Part shown: positions 38,523 to 51,429 of the stretch, one piece after another | Layout: the number at the start of each line of letters is the position of its first letter | Numbering within the stretch: the first letter of the stretch is position 1 | Assembly: GCF_006345805.1 (NCBI RefSeq) | Contig: NC_043008.1 | Coordinates: forward strand, 17,360,001-17,424,000 | Origin: Octopus sinensis | Taxonomy: Eukaryota | Length of the DNA: 64,000 nt | Reading direction: 5' to 3' | Translations under genes and position numbers: made by a program | The notes under the pieces: generated by a model | Databases searched by the model: none | Told to the model about the DNA's origin: nothing | Seen by the model: the letters and a program-made list of their open reading frames with translations, nothing else

Positions 38523-38551
38523 GTAGTAGTAGTAGTAGTAGTAGTAGTAGC

Positions 38552-38585
<34 letters not shown>

Positions 38586-38590
38586 TTTTG

Positions 38591-38710
38591 TTTGACTGTT
38601 GCTTTACATTTGTACAGGTTGGCTCCAAGTCTCATACAGAGACCTCAAGACACAGCAAGTTAGATTTTCATGTCGGTGTTATGCCTAGGGTGCCATATAT
38701 TTGGTTTTGT
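38591..38710 (-). mobile_element. Short retroelement 3' end abutting (TAC)n(TAA)n; 47-bp versions at 17563 and 17848
   Basis: Shared tttgactgttgctttacatttgtacagg..gctccaagt.tcatac next to GTA/TTA runs. Confidence 0.65.
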
Positions 38711-38719
38711 ACAAAGAGG

Positions 38720-38855
38720 AAAATCAACCCACAAGGCCTTGGTTGGCCCGAGGCTATAGTAGGAGACACCTGCGCAAAGTGACACGCAGTGGGACTAAAC
38801 CCGGAGCCATGTGGTTTGGAAGCAAGCTTCTTACCACACAGTCACGCATGCGCCT
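38720..38855 (-). mobile_element. SINE family A head
   Basis: ggcccgaggctatagtag.agacac...acgcagtgggact..acccgga.ccatgtgg. Confidence 0.88.
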
Positions 38856-38864
38856 AGCCATACA

Positions 38865-39600
38865 TACACAGACATGCAGGAAATAGACACCTCTAATTTT
38901 CAAAATCTTTTATTTACTACACAAAGCGAACAATTGAAATGTAATCGATAGGTAGGACTACTTACTTTAGTATTTAGTTGACATTCCCTTTGCTGTTTTT
39001 AATTCAGAAACTCTTTTTGGCATTGAACTGATGAGCTTTGTGATTGTCTCCTGTGGAATTTCTGCCCACTTTGCACGCAACAATCGAAACAATTCATCTT
39101 TTGATTTAGGTTTCTGTCGAGATTTTCTGATAGCTCTATCTAGTATGCTCCAAAGATTTCCAATTGGTTTCATGTCAGGAGATTGGCTCGGCCAAGTGCT
39201 TTTTTTTATCCCATTTTCAGCCAACCATGTAAGGAAATCAAAATTTCCTTTTTGATGTGTTGCATGGAACCCCATCTTCCATGAATAAAAACTCATTTTT
39301 CGTTATATTATCGTGTGAATATATGGGAAGTAGTCCTTGCTTAAGTATTTCGATGTATTTTTCAGAGTTTATGGTTCCAACACATTCGATCATCTCAGAA
39401 CGACCATTGCTGGTGACAGCTCCCCATACCATTATAGAGATACCGCCATGTTTCACAGTTGGTTGCAATCGTTTCAAATCAAATTCTTAATTGGGAAGCC
39501 TCCAGACCCAAACACGTCCACTGGCTGAAAATAATGGAAGTCTGGATTCATCTGAGAAAATCACTCTATCCCAAAATGAACTGGATTTCACTGACATCTC
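38865..39600 (-). mobile_element. Tc1-like element, 3' half with decayed DDE transposase
   Basis: WDRVIFSDES, TVKHGGISIMVWG, FMEDGVPC, WPSQSPDMKPIGNLW (E mutated to G), SMPKRV...AKGMSTKY; frameshift near 39240. Confidence 0.92.
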
Positions 39601-40159
39601 CTTAACCCTTTCACAATATCGTTAGCATGCAAATAGACGGATAGTGTTTATAACAGAGATTTCTACTGACGATAAAAGTAGCGATTAACTATTAATGTCG
39701 GTTCACCGTATTTTTCACGTTGTTTAAATTTTTTTCTTAAATTAGCTGTACTCCACTGAAGTATTATACATTAATACGTATCTAAATTAGACTGAGTTTC
39801 TCCGAAAGATTTACATTGTAAGACGACAGTATACATTATTAAGGCTCTATTATCTATTATATTAATCTAATTAACTGATAACATGTTAGTCTCCATTCGA
39901 GTACTGTTGAATTATATAAAATGTCTCAAGAATAATATAAGGAAACACACCGAAATGGTTAGAGACTATATAATTATGTTGTGAAGACCAACAGTCTGGT
40001 TATTAAAATGCTTGAACATATCCACGTATAAATGAGAGTCTTATAAACAGGGATTTATTTTTATTGGCCATTAGAGAATTACAATTGCTATCATATGCTT
40101 AGATATGGTGGAAATTCGTCCTTGCTTTGGGAGAGCTTTTGAAATGGAGTATAGAGATT

Positions 40160-40934
<775 letters not shown>

Positions 40935-40973
40935 CATGTATAAGATGAGTAAGATATTTTAATATGTAAGCGT

Positions 40974-41188
40974 GAGGGTGACGTGCTGGCACACTCGTTA
41001 GCACGCCGGACAAAATGCTGAGCAGTGTTTTTTCCGACTTCCCTTTCTGGCTTCGAATTCCGCCGAGATCAACTTTGCCTTTTATGCTACAGGGTCTATA
41101 AAATAAGCACCAGCTGAACGCTGGGGTCGATGTTATCGACTTACCTCCTTCCCCAAAGTGAAAATTTGGAACCTGTTTTAAAAGATTA
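40974..41188 (+). mobile_element. SINE family B monomer (B2-type tail), diverged
   Basis: ctggcacactcgttagcacgccgg...aactttgccttt...ctggggtcgatg. Confidence 0.82.
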
Positions 41189-41905
41189 TCAGTAATTTTA
41201 CAACATAATACCTACTATATAAAATGCTGTAACTAGGAATAAAAGCTCGCGCTGGTTAGGATTATGGCTAGTGTTTATATATGTTTAGAAATACTTCATG
41301 CTACTAATCCCCTAATCCATGATTAAGACATTTTGTCATAGTGATAATACTGCTAGAATATCAGATTTGTTGGTTCTAGCTGCCACGTACAATTTGATTA
41401 AGTACTGGTAAATTTTACAATTTGGTTAACTGTGATAAAGAAATTTCTATGTTATATCCTATAATCGATTTTAAAAAGACATATTATTAACTCGCCGCCT
41501 TAAGTTGTAAAGGATATTACGACATATATTGTTAAGCAATGCGCACTTTTATCATAACTTTTTCTGACTGCTAGCTCGGGGGCTAGCAATTTTGTGGGAA
41601 CGGGAAAATATTTTACATCCACCCAGTAATCGACTGGTACTTTTTATTGACCCCAAAAGTTGAAAGGATCTATTAGAATTCGGACTGTAAAACCGGAAGA
41701 AATGCTGCTAAAGCGTTTTCTCCAGCCTTCTAATTCTCCTGCTGGCTGACCGCCCAACGCTGTTTTTCATTATAATATTATGGTAAAATGCCACGTCGCA
41801 TTGCGGTTTTGGATCCAACTTTACTTGAGAATGGGGCTTAGTTCTTTTCTAAATTCACACAGAATGTCGAATTTTCGTCTCTGTTATGTTAGTATATTGG
41901 ATATT

Positions 41906-42874
41906 GGATCTTTTCAATTGTGTGGCCAGGAGCTCAGATCTTTCTACTTAACTAAATAATTTGAAACTTCGTATGCTGGTACAGTGTTTCAAAACAAGAC
42001 ACAGGTTGGAACTAGTTTATTTGAGAAAAATCTGTTTTATGACTTTAATCGTAGATTAAAACTGCGAATTTTAACCAATGAGATTGCTTGTTTTCATATT
42101 TAATACGTTACTGCATTCTGTTAGTGTGACGTAGAAAGCAGTTTTGTGACGTAGGCAACTGTGCACATTTGAGGCTAACATACATAGATACATACACACA
42201 CACACACACACACACATACATACAGATACACATACACCGAGTATTCACTCGAAAAAACTAAACACTGAATCGGCCATACATACATACATACATATACACA
42301 CACACACATACATACACACACATACACACACACATACATAGATACATACACACACACACATGCACACACATACATACATACAGATACACATACACCGAGT
42401 ATTCACTCGAAAAAACTAAACACCGAATCGGCCATACATACATACATACATACATACATACACACACATACATACACACACATACACACACACACACACA
42501 CATACATAGATACATACACACATACATACATACATACATACATTCATACATACATACATTCATACATATACACATACACCGAGTAAAAAATTTCATCGTT
42601 ATTGTTTTGTTTACATTTGTTTACATACCATATGTTTACTACGTCACCAAATTGGTGGTCGAGACGGAGTAAATAATATGAAGCCGAAAGACGGAATACC
42701 ATTGGTTAAAATTCTAATTATTAAACAATGTTAAACTTAGAAGTTACAATTCCGTTTTCATTCTGGTTTACAATTAAGTTTACTTTTGACACATTCTACC
42801 AGTATACGAAGTTTCAAATTGTTTGGTTCAGTAGGAAAAATTTGAAAAAACTGGCTTCACAAATGAAAAGATCC
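41906..42874. mobile_element. MITE with ~100-bp imperfect TIRs and an internal microsatellite/minisatellite
   Basis: ggatcttttca / tgaaaagatcc ends; aatttgaaacttcgtat.ctggta / taccagtatacgaagtttcaaatt arms. Confidence 0.75.
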
Positions 42875-44321
42875 TGGATATTTACTAGGAAATGCTGACA
42901 AGTTCTTGGCTTTGGGTAAAAGAAAATACAGGAAGATCAGTTAATTATGATTTTATTGAACACATTCCTCTCTCCATTAGGAACACTTCTCGCAGAAGAT
43001 CTTCAATTTTTTTAAGCTCTGTAAAACAGGGATAGGTGAATAGGGGTAAGTTACTTCAAGTGGAGTAAAAATGAAATTCTTGTGGGTAATGAAGACCTTA
43101 AAAAATGTGTTCATTCTTATGACAGAATTTTTTCTTGTGACAACACTGCATTTGTCCTATGTAATGGACATGTAAAGAAATTACTATAAATAGGTTCGAT
43201 AAAAAAGATTCAATAAAACTTTTGAATTCAAAGAATTTATGATTTTCTTCCTTTCAAATCAAAGTGGTAACGTCGGTCTAAATAAATATATTTGGGGACA
43301 ATTGGTTAAAAAAGTTCCCCGACCCCTGTTGTAAAAGAACTCGGAATGTTGGGCCTCGAACCAGTACTTTAGCGATAGGTTTAAAGCTAGGAAGCTCTCT
43401 AAACTCCGGCCCCAATGCATATTGTGTATGCTGTATATGTGTATATATAGTGGTGAGTGTTGAAGTGTCCACTCATAAATATACTATTATTTGCCTGATT
43501 TTTCTGTGTGTATGTGCGCGTGTAATTGCGTGTGTGCATGTGTGCATGTGTGCGTGCGTATATTAGTGTAAGTATGAGAGCATGTATCCATTGTTTAGTA
43601 CAACTGACCAAATAATAAAGACAATCTCAATTTAAAATAGACTTCAGCACCTAAATATCTTTGCTATGGTCAGTTGCTTTCACGCCCGCTTCTTCCTCCG
43701 GTTACTGCTGTCCCTTCACTTAATCTGATTCTGTTTCGTCTTTGCTCATGAACTTTGTTCTTTTTTGCACCGTTTGCCATCCTCAACCATCCGCTCCCGC
43801 CACGTTCACATCACTTTCCAGTCTTCTTACCATTTAACCTCACCTTCTCTGAACGTATCTTCTTCATTCCCGATAACACTGAGGCCAGTGTCCGCACTGA
43901 TAATCTACAAGAGCATTAATTTATTTCGAAGAGGTTTCTTGGTGCAGTCGATCTTTAAGTCCCGCACACTCTAATTAAATTAGTATTTTCCTCCCCCTTG
44001 CCTCACTTTGACTTGATCCATTCATCGCTTGTCTCCTATGCCAGACGAATAGACTTTTCATACTTCCCCTTCCTTTCCTCTCTCTTTCTCTCTTTCTTTC
44101 ACTCTTCCCTTCCTCTTCCCCTGCCTTCTTCCTTTCTCTATGTAAATGTATTCACACAGACACACACACACAAACACACACATAGATACATATTTGTATG
44201 TATGTGTGTGTCTATGGATAAGTACCAATTGAACTCTGGGATCGATCTTACCGCCTCCCCTGAAATTGCTGTCCTGGTGCCAAAATTGTCATTGTTATTA
44301 TAATTATTATTATTATTATTA

Positions 44322-44373
<52 letters not shown>

Positions 44374-44376
<3 letters not shown>

Positions 44377-44682
44377 TAGTTTTATTTTTATAGCGTGCTT
44401 TCACTTTACTACCGAGCGCAGCTCTGTGTGCCTTGGGTATGTGCTGTGATTTGTTGTGATGCTCTGATGGTTATTGTATGGAAAGTGTTCTGCGTAGGAT
44501 GTGTGCAGTGCCTAGTAGTGCAATGTTATGTATGTTATATGTGTTTGTAAGTCCTGGTGTTTTTGTTCTGTATTTGTCTGAATATTTTTTTATCATACCT
44601 AATGCACCTACTATGATAGGAATTGTTTCTGTTTTCAGATTCCACATTCTAGTTACCTCTATTTCCAGGTCTTTGTATTTTG

Positions 44683-44684
<2 letters not shown>
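44374..44684 (-). mobile_element. Young-looking 5'-truncated R4/Dong-like LINE 3' end inside (TAA)n
   Basis: Open frame SKYKDLEIEVTRMWNLKTETIPIIVGALGMIKK...IALLGTAHILRRTLSIQ*, then a ~100-bp UTR; TAA repeats on both sides. Confidence 0.93.
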
Positions 44685-44765
<81 letters not shown>

Positions 44766-44854
44766 CATTAATATTATTATTATTATTATATTCATTATTA
44801 TTATTATTATTATTATTAATATTATTATTATTATCATTATTATTATTATTATTA

Positions 44855-44894
<40 letters not shown>

Positions 44895-44915
44895 CATTAT
44901 TATTATTATTATATT

Positions 44916-45044
44916 GAGTGAGCGAGCAGAGCATGCCATCAAAGTGACACTGGGGTAAAATATACGAAGCCCAGTATACCCATCATGACTACCCGTCTGA
45001 TAAGGGTACACCAGGTACATGCATCACAACCATATGTGCGCGAC
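44916..45044 (-). mobile_element. Truncated copy of the 565-bp element
   Basis: Matches 16832-16967; identical copy 523 bp downstream. Confidence 0.9.
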
Positions 45045-45069
45045 ATTATTATTATTATTATTATTATTA

Positions 45070-45117
<48 letters not shown>

Positions 45118-45271
45118 CATCATTATTATTATATTCATTATTATTATTATCATTATTATTATTATTAATATTATAATTATTATTATTATATTCATTATTA
45201 TTATTATCATTATTATTATTATATTCATTATTATTATTATTATTATTATCATTATTATTATTATCATTATT

Positions 45272-45303
<32 letters not shown>

Positions 45304-45337
45304 TATTATTATATTATTATTATTATATTATTATTAA

Positions 45338-45381
<44 letters not shown>

Positions 45382-45392
45382 TATTATTATTA

Positions 45393-45429
<37 letters not shown>

Positions 45430-45438
45430 ATTATTATT

Positions 45439-45566
45439 GAGTGAGCGAGCAGAGCATGCCATCAAAGTGACACTGGGGTAAAATATACGAAGCCCAGTAT
45501 ACCCATCATGACTACCCGTCTGATAAGGGTACACCAGGTACATGCATCACAACCATATGTGCGCGA

Positions 45567-45567
<1 letters not shown>
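45439..45567 (-). mobile_element. Second truncated copy of the 565-bp element
   Basis: Same sequence and same truncation point (gtgcgcgac|att) as 44916-45044. Confidence 0.9.
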
Positions 45568-45641
<74 letters not shown>

Positions 45642-45749
45642 CATCATTATTATTATTATCATTATTATTATATCATTATTATTATTATTAATATTATAAT
45701 TATTATTATTATATTCATTATTATTATTATCATTATATTATTATTATTC

Positions 45750-45787
<38 letters not shown>

Positions 45788-45794
45788 CATTATT

Positions 45795-45829
<35 letters not shown>

Positions 45830-45895
45830 TATTATTATTATTATTATTATTATTAATATTATATTCAATATTATTATTATTATTATTATCATTAA

Positions 45896-45939
<44 letters not shown>

Positions 45940-45961
45940 TATTATATTATTATTATTATCA

Positions 45962-45999
<38 letters not shown>

Positions 46000-46044
46000 T
46001 ATTATTATTAGTAGTAGTAGTAGTAGTATTATTACTATTATCAT

Positions 46045-47068
46045 TAGCCTGCCGTGCAAAATGTTTAGCGGTATTTCGCCCGTGTTTATGTTCGGAGTTC
46101 AGATTCCGAGGAGGCCAAATTTGCCTTTCATCTTCTCGGAATATCAATTAATTTAGTAACAGTGGAACTTTCAGGACAATGTAATCGACTAGTCTTCGCG
46201 CCTAAAATTTCAGGCCTTGTGTCTATAGTAGAAGGGATTGTTATTATTACTACGTCATAACACAGTCTTTAACCGGAGTCTTTAGTCATCTGTCAAGTCA
46301 CAATAAGGAACCCAGACAGATAATACTTTCCTTAAGATGTGCGCTGTTATTATTATTATTTTTATTAAGGCGGCGAGCTGGCAGAAACTTTAGCAGGCCG
46401 GGCGAAATGCTTAGCGGTATTTCGTCTGCGTTACGTTGTGAGTTCAAATTCCGCCGAGGTCGACTTTGCGTTTCATCCTTTCGGGGTCGATAAATTAAGT
46501 ACCAGTTACGCACTGGGGTCGATGTAATCGACTTAATACCTATGTCTGTCCTTGTTTGTCCCCTCTGTGTTTAGCTCCTTGTGGGTAATAAAGAAATAGG
46601 TATTTCGCCCGTGTTTACGTCAAATTTGCCTTTCATCTTCTCGGAATATCAATAAATTTAGTAATAGTGGAACTTTCAGGACAATGTAATCGACTAGTCC
46701 TCTCCCCTAAAATGTCAGGCCTTGTGTTTATAGTAGAAGGGATTGTTATTATTACTACATCATAACACAGTATTTAACCGGAGTCTTTAGTCATCTGTCA
46801 AGTCACAATAAGGAAGCCAGACAGATAATACTTTCCGTAAGATATGCACTGTTATTATTATTATTTTTATTGAGGCGGCGAGCTGGCAGAATCGTTAGCA
46901 CGCTGGGAGAAATGCGTAGCCGCATTTCGTCTGCCGTTACGTTCTGAGTTCAAATTCCGCCAAGGTCGACTTTGTCTTTCATCCTTTCGCGGTCGATAAA
47001 TTAAGTACCAGTTATCTGTCCTTGTTTGTCCCCTCTGTGTTTAGCCCCTTGTGGATAGTAAAGAAATA
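46045..47068 (+). repeat. Tandem duplication of a SINE-B2/spacer/SINE-B1 unit
   Basis: 46071-46599 repeats at 46600-47068 with shared diagnostic variants (gcccgtgttta, catcttctcggaatatc) and the same ~110-bp unique spacer. Confidence 0.9.
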
Positions 47069-47132
47069 ATAATAATAATAATAATAATAATTATCATTAT
47101 TATTATTATTATTAATCTGGATGTTTCTTACA

Positions 47133-47712
47133 ATCACGGATCTTTTCCATCTTAAACACAGATAATTTAATTAATTTCTTTTCTTTTTCTTTTTTTGGGG
47201 GGGATTAAACTCTTTGAAATTTCGGATAGTGTTTGAATGTGTCAGTTATTTCGTGTTAAAGTTGTCGTACTTGGGTAATTTTAACCAATCAATGACGTGT
47301 AATCAGCTGAAGAAAGTTACTGCTGCTGTTTGCGAACAGCAACTTCCGGGTCCATTGACAAAACGATGAATCTTACACAACAAGAATTTAAATTGAAAAT
47401 CTCTCCTAACAAAAAACAGAGATGTTTCTAAAGCAATATATATGAGAAAATAGCAGCCAAAGTATCCCCTACCTAAATCACACGCCCATTCTACGTAATG
47501 TTCTATATCATCCCTAAAAAGACGGTTTGTTGAAGGCTGGAATGGCCTTGATGATAGGTTTGTTGTATCAGGGTTGATTTGATGCTAAATAACAACAAAA
47601 TTATTACTGAGACAGACCAACGACGAAGCTTGTGGGTCGTTGCATGACCTGCTTGAAAAGTAGCCAAACTTTCTAATATACAGAACAGAAAAACCTCTAT
47701 TCTGTGATATAC
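47133..47712 (+). mobile_element. MITE, interrupted and truncated (inverted relative of 48168-48627)
   Basis: cacggatcttttccatc TIR start; internal blocks are reverse complements of 48255-48470. Confidence 0.7.
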
Positions 47713-48167
47713 ACATTATGTCTGGGAAGAAAGACGGAATGTTCACAGTTGGGACGTCTTTGATCATATCTGTTCGATCAGATCCAACTCGGGACTAAAA
47801 AATCAGGTGACGAAGGGAACGAGACGAAGCAACGATAGAGCCTTTACCTGGTCGCTCGAGTTACTAGAAAGAGCAACTAAATCTTCTTGACAAAAACAAA
47901 AATGAAATTTCCGTCTTCAAAAAAAAAAAGGAATAAATAAAGCAAATTTATATTATTTTATAATGTTCACATAGGAATTCAATACGTCTAGAAAATAATA
48001 AGACAAAATGGTCATGGCTGGAACGCCTTTTTTCATAGTTCCATATTCCAAATATTGGGATTCCCTTGACTGGCGAAATTTATTCAGATTTTCGTATGAA
48101 ATAAATAGAAAATGTTATGGGAACTCGGTACATATTATGCCTAATATCCAGTGTTGTACGGACGTAG

Positions 48168-48627
48168 CTTCACGATTCTTGTCAATCTCAGCACAGATTT
48201 ATTAATTAATTTTTTTTAACTAAAGAGTTTGAAACTTCGGATACTGGTTGAATGTATCAGAGGTTTTTCTATTCAGTATATAAAAAAAGTTTGGCTACTT
48301 TTTCTAGTAGGACATGCAACCACATACAGGCTCCATCGATGGTCTGTCTCATTAATAATTTTGTAAAAATCATCAGCCGGTAGTTGTTGTTCGCAAACAG
48401 CAGCAGTAACACGACATTGATTGGTTAACATTACCCAAATAGGACAACTTTAGCACGAAATAACTTCTAAAATACAAAATTTTGTCAAAAACGTTAAGAG
48501 TAAACCCTGTTCTACGTGATACATTCAACCAGGATCCTAAGTTTCAAAGTGTTTATTTTTTAAAAAAATAATTAAAAAATCCGTGCTTGAGATGGAAAGA
48601 CACACCCAGCTTCGTAGGGTAGTGAAG
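48168..48627 (-). mobile_element. MITE with ~90-bp imperfect TIRs
   Basis: tttgaaacttcggatactggttgaatgtatca mirrored by tgatacattcaaccaggatcctaagtttcaaa. Confidence 0.75.
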
Positions 48628-48834
48628 GACAGGAGATGTTACTGAAAGTTTGGGAGGGCAAGTGGCAGGCGCAGTAGCGAAATATTTTCATGTAATACAA
48701 CACAGATATTTAAATTGCTAGGGTGTTTCTAAGGTTGAGGGCAGTATTTGTCAGCACAATCTCTGAGATATGGTTCTGAGATGTTATCTAGATGTTTTTT
48801 ACATTCCTTCCTTATCATTCCTAGAGGAGCTACA

Positions 48835-48875
<41 letters not shown>

Positions 48876-49490
48876 GAAAGCCTCAGAGATAGTTCTTAAT
48901 TGCCGGGTGTTTTTTACTTGAAAGCAGGCAACAACAAATCACCAAAGGTGTTAGGTATTACCTCCTCCAGTCACTTAAAGAGACAATCTCTCCTTAGAAT
49001 GTGAGATGTACCCAACAATACTGGCTTCTGGATCACTTCGAGAAGGTTTTTCAAAACCCTTAGAAACTGCTCCGAATGCTCCAATTACCACAGGTATCAC
49101 CATTTCTTTCCTCATGCCTCATAACTTTCCTACCTAATGCCGCAGTGGTTGGTATTTCTTAATCTTTTCTGTTTCCTTACATTTCAACCTCAAATCGCCT
49201 GGTATTGCAGCATGTATTATCTCTACTTCGTTTTCATCTTTATGGGATGAGCAAGATATCTGGTTATCTCGCCTTAATGTTCGTTTTCCATTACTCCCTC
49301 TGGATTGTTTATATCATTGTTCGGCTCTCTCGAGGTTTGTTTTACCGCACAACAGCCAGTGGACATATCTGGCCACAGTGTTGTGTCGCCCTTTATATTC
49401 GTGTTGTGCGATCTTGCGGCACTCACTAACAATACGGTTTCTACTTTCTCCTTTCTCAGAACACATCCTACACTGTTGCGAGTCACTGCT
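48876..49490 (-). mobile_element. R4/Dong-like LINE 3' fragment ending in (TAA)n
   Basis: CRKIAQHEYKGRHNTVARYVHWLLC, AR*PDILL, ETEKIKKYQ, IPVVIGAFGAV, IQKPVLLGTSHILRR; the 3' end joins ataataat at 48875. Confidence 0.9.
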
Positions 49491-49802
49491 TTACTCCCCT
49501 TGACATTTCGTCTGTCTTTATGTTCTGCGTTCAAATTCCACCGCTGTTGACTTTGACTTGGCTCGTGTCACTAACATTTCTTAATCATTTATTTGCTTTC
49601 AACCCAAGCATTATAATGTGCTTTTTCGCTCTTCCTTAGTGCTGTACAATGGTTCATGAATGTTCACGATCACACGGGAATTTATAAAAGTCCACGAGAA
49701 TCTATAAACGTTCACATTGATCTATAAATATCTATATGAATAATAATATCATTCGTTCATATTTCTGATTTCAGCGCTAAATAAATATTAGTTTTATCTC
49801 AG

Positions 49803-49874
49803 CTTCTGGGAAAGAACCTATTTTTATATAAATATAATGAAACAAATATCTACGACTTTCACATGGACATTATG
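49803..49874 (+). other. Unverified 72-nt candidate exon
   Basis: ttttatctcag| acceptor and ATG|GTAAGT donor; open in phase 0 (LLGKNLFLYKYNETNIYDFHMDIM). No homology recognised. Confidence 0.2.
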
Positions 49875-50539
49875 GTAAGTGAAGTATTTGATCTGGACTG
49901 GCTGTAATGGAGAATGCGCAGTATTTCGATTTGTAGCAAATTAGCATTTGCTAATGTTATCTTATAATTTACCAATGTTAATTTTATAAAGCAAGTGCTT
50001 TAAATAATCAAAGATTTCGAAGGTAAGTGTGAATATAATTGGAGCTTTTACGACAGAATTTGAAGAGTTCATGTTAATACTATTGATGAGGGAATGTGTG
50101 GGATGGAGAGATAAGACGAGAAAATGTAGACAGACAGAAATAACCAGATATAGACAGACAGATTTGGGAGATTGTAAAGCAACAGTTGCACTCAAGACGT
50201 AATTACGTTTGAACAAATTCATGCCGTGTTTAAATAAATATATAAATAAAATCAACATTAGCTTTGGAGGGAAACACAATAATTGAGAAACGAGGCTACC
50301 AGATACCGACAATAATTATAAAGTATAAATAATAAATATATTGATGATTGCATATATGTGGTATGTGAGACGGGGAGTATAAGTGGAAAATGTTCTGCTG
50401 AATTCCGTGTCAACTTGTATATCTAATGTCATTCACATGGTTTACATTTCTGTAAGCATATACTTTAAGTGTGTTTGCAGAGCGTGGCCAACAGATTGGT
50501 CTATGCTGAATATGTTTGTAATCCTTTCATTTCACTGCA

Positions 50540-50924
50540 AGCAAAGGGCCTGAAATTTTCCGGAAAGGTGATAATGACTACATTAGCCCCAATACTTTGT
50601 ATGGCACTTATTTTGTCGACTCCAAAATCATGAAACGCAAAGCTGAACCCGGAGGACATGGAACTCTGAAAGTAAAGACAAAACGAATACCTATTTCTTT
50701 AATACTCACAAGAGGCTAAACACAGAGAGGACAAACAAGGACAGACAAACGGATTAAGTCGATTACATCGACACCAGTGCGTAACTGGTACTTATTAAAT
50801 CGACCCCGAAAGGATGGAAGGCATAGTCGACCTCGGCGGAATCTGAACTCAGAACGTAGCCGCTGACGAAATACCACTAAGTATTTCGCCCGGCGTGCTA
50901 ACGATTCTACCAGCTTGCCGCCTT
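50540..50924 (-). mobile_element. SINE family B dimer (B1 plus degenerate B2)
   Basis: Junction at 50690/50691 (minus strand: aaagaaatag|gtattcg). Confidence 0.85.
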
Positions 50925-51429
50925 ATAAGGGCAAAACGAATACCGGTAAATATTTTTCCTGCCGTGCTAACTATTCTACCAACACGCTCCTTTAATACAG
51001 TTATAATAGAATTTCTTCAATGCCTCTCTCTGAGATTCCTGGAATCAAAACGGAATAGATATTTTTTTTTTAATGGGATAAAATAAGAAATGTCAAAGGT
51101 AGTGGAGTGCGTATGCATTGAACATTTTCCCGAATGGTAGCCATTCATTTTGACGCCTGAGCAGATGCTTTTGTAATTTTCTTAATCTTGCACGTAATTC
51201 TAGTTCTAAAGACTAATCCCAAATCGATTCCAAAGAGTTAATCAAGTCTGAACATTTAGACAGATCACCCAACCCAAACTCAAGCCAGCTCTCTGCTAAT
51301 CCATTCACGATGTATCAGAAGAGGTCGTTATTATTGGAGACGAATTTGCTGCAGATCGTATTAGTGTGTGATTCTCTGTTGAAAACATTGATGACAAAAA
51401 CACATTTTTTTTTTTTTTGTATTTTTTCG

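Larger units (their letters stand above)
44300..46050. repeat. ~1.7-kb (TTA)n/(TCA)n microsatellite array with three inserts
   Basis: Direct inspection; source of the poly-I/N/M ORFs. Confidence 0.97.

Noticed and set aside
42226-42590. CRISPR-like repeat-spacer pattern
   Set aside because: The 'spacers' are CA/CATA microsatellites, the context is eukaryotic, and there are no cas genes.
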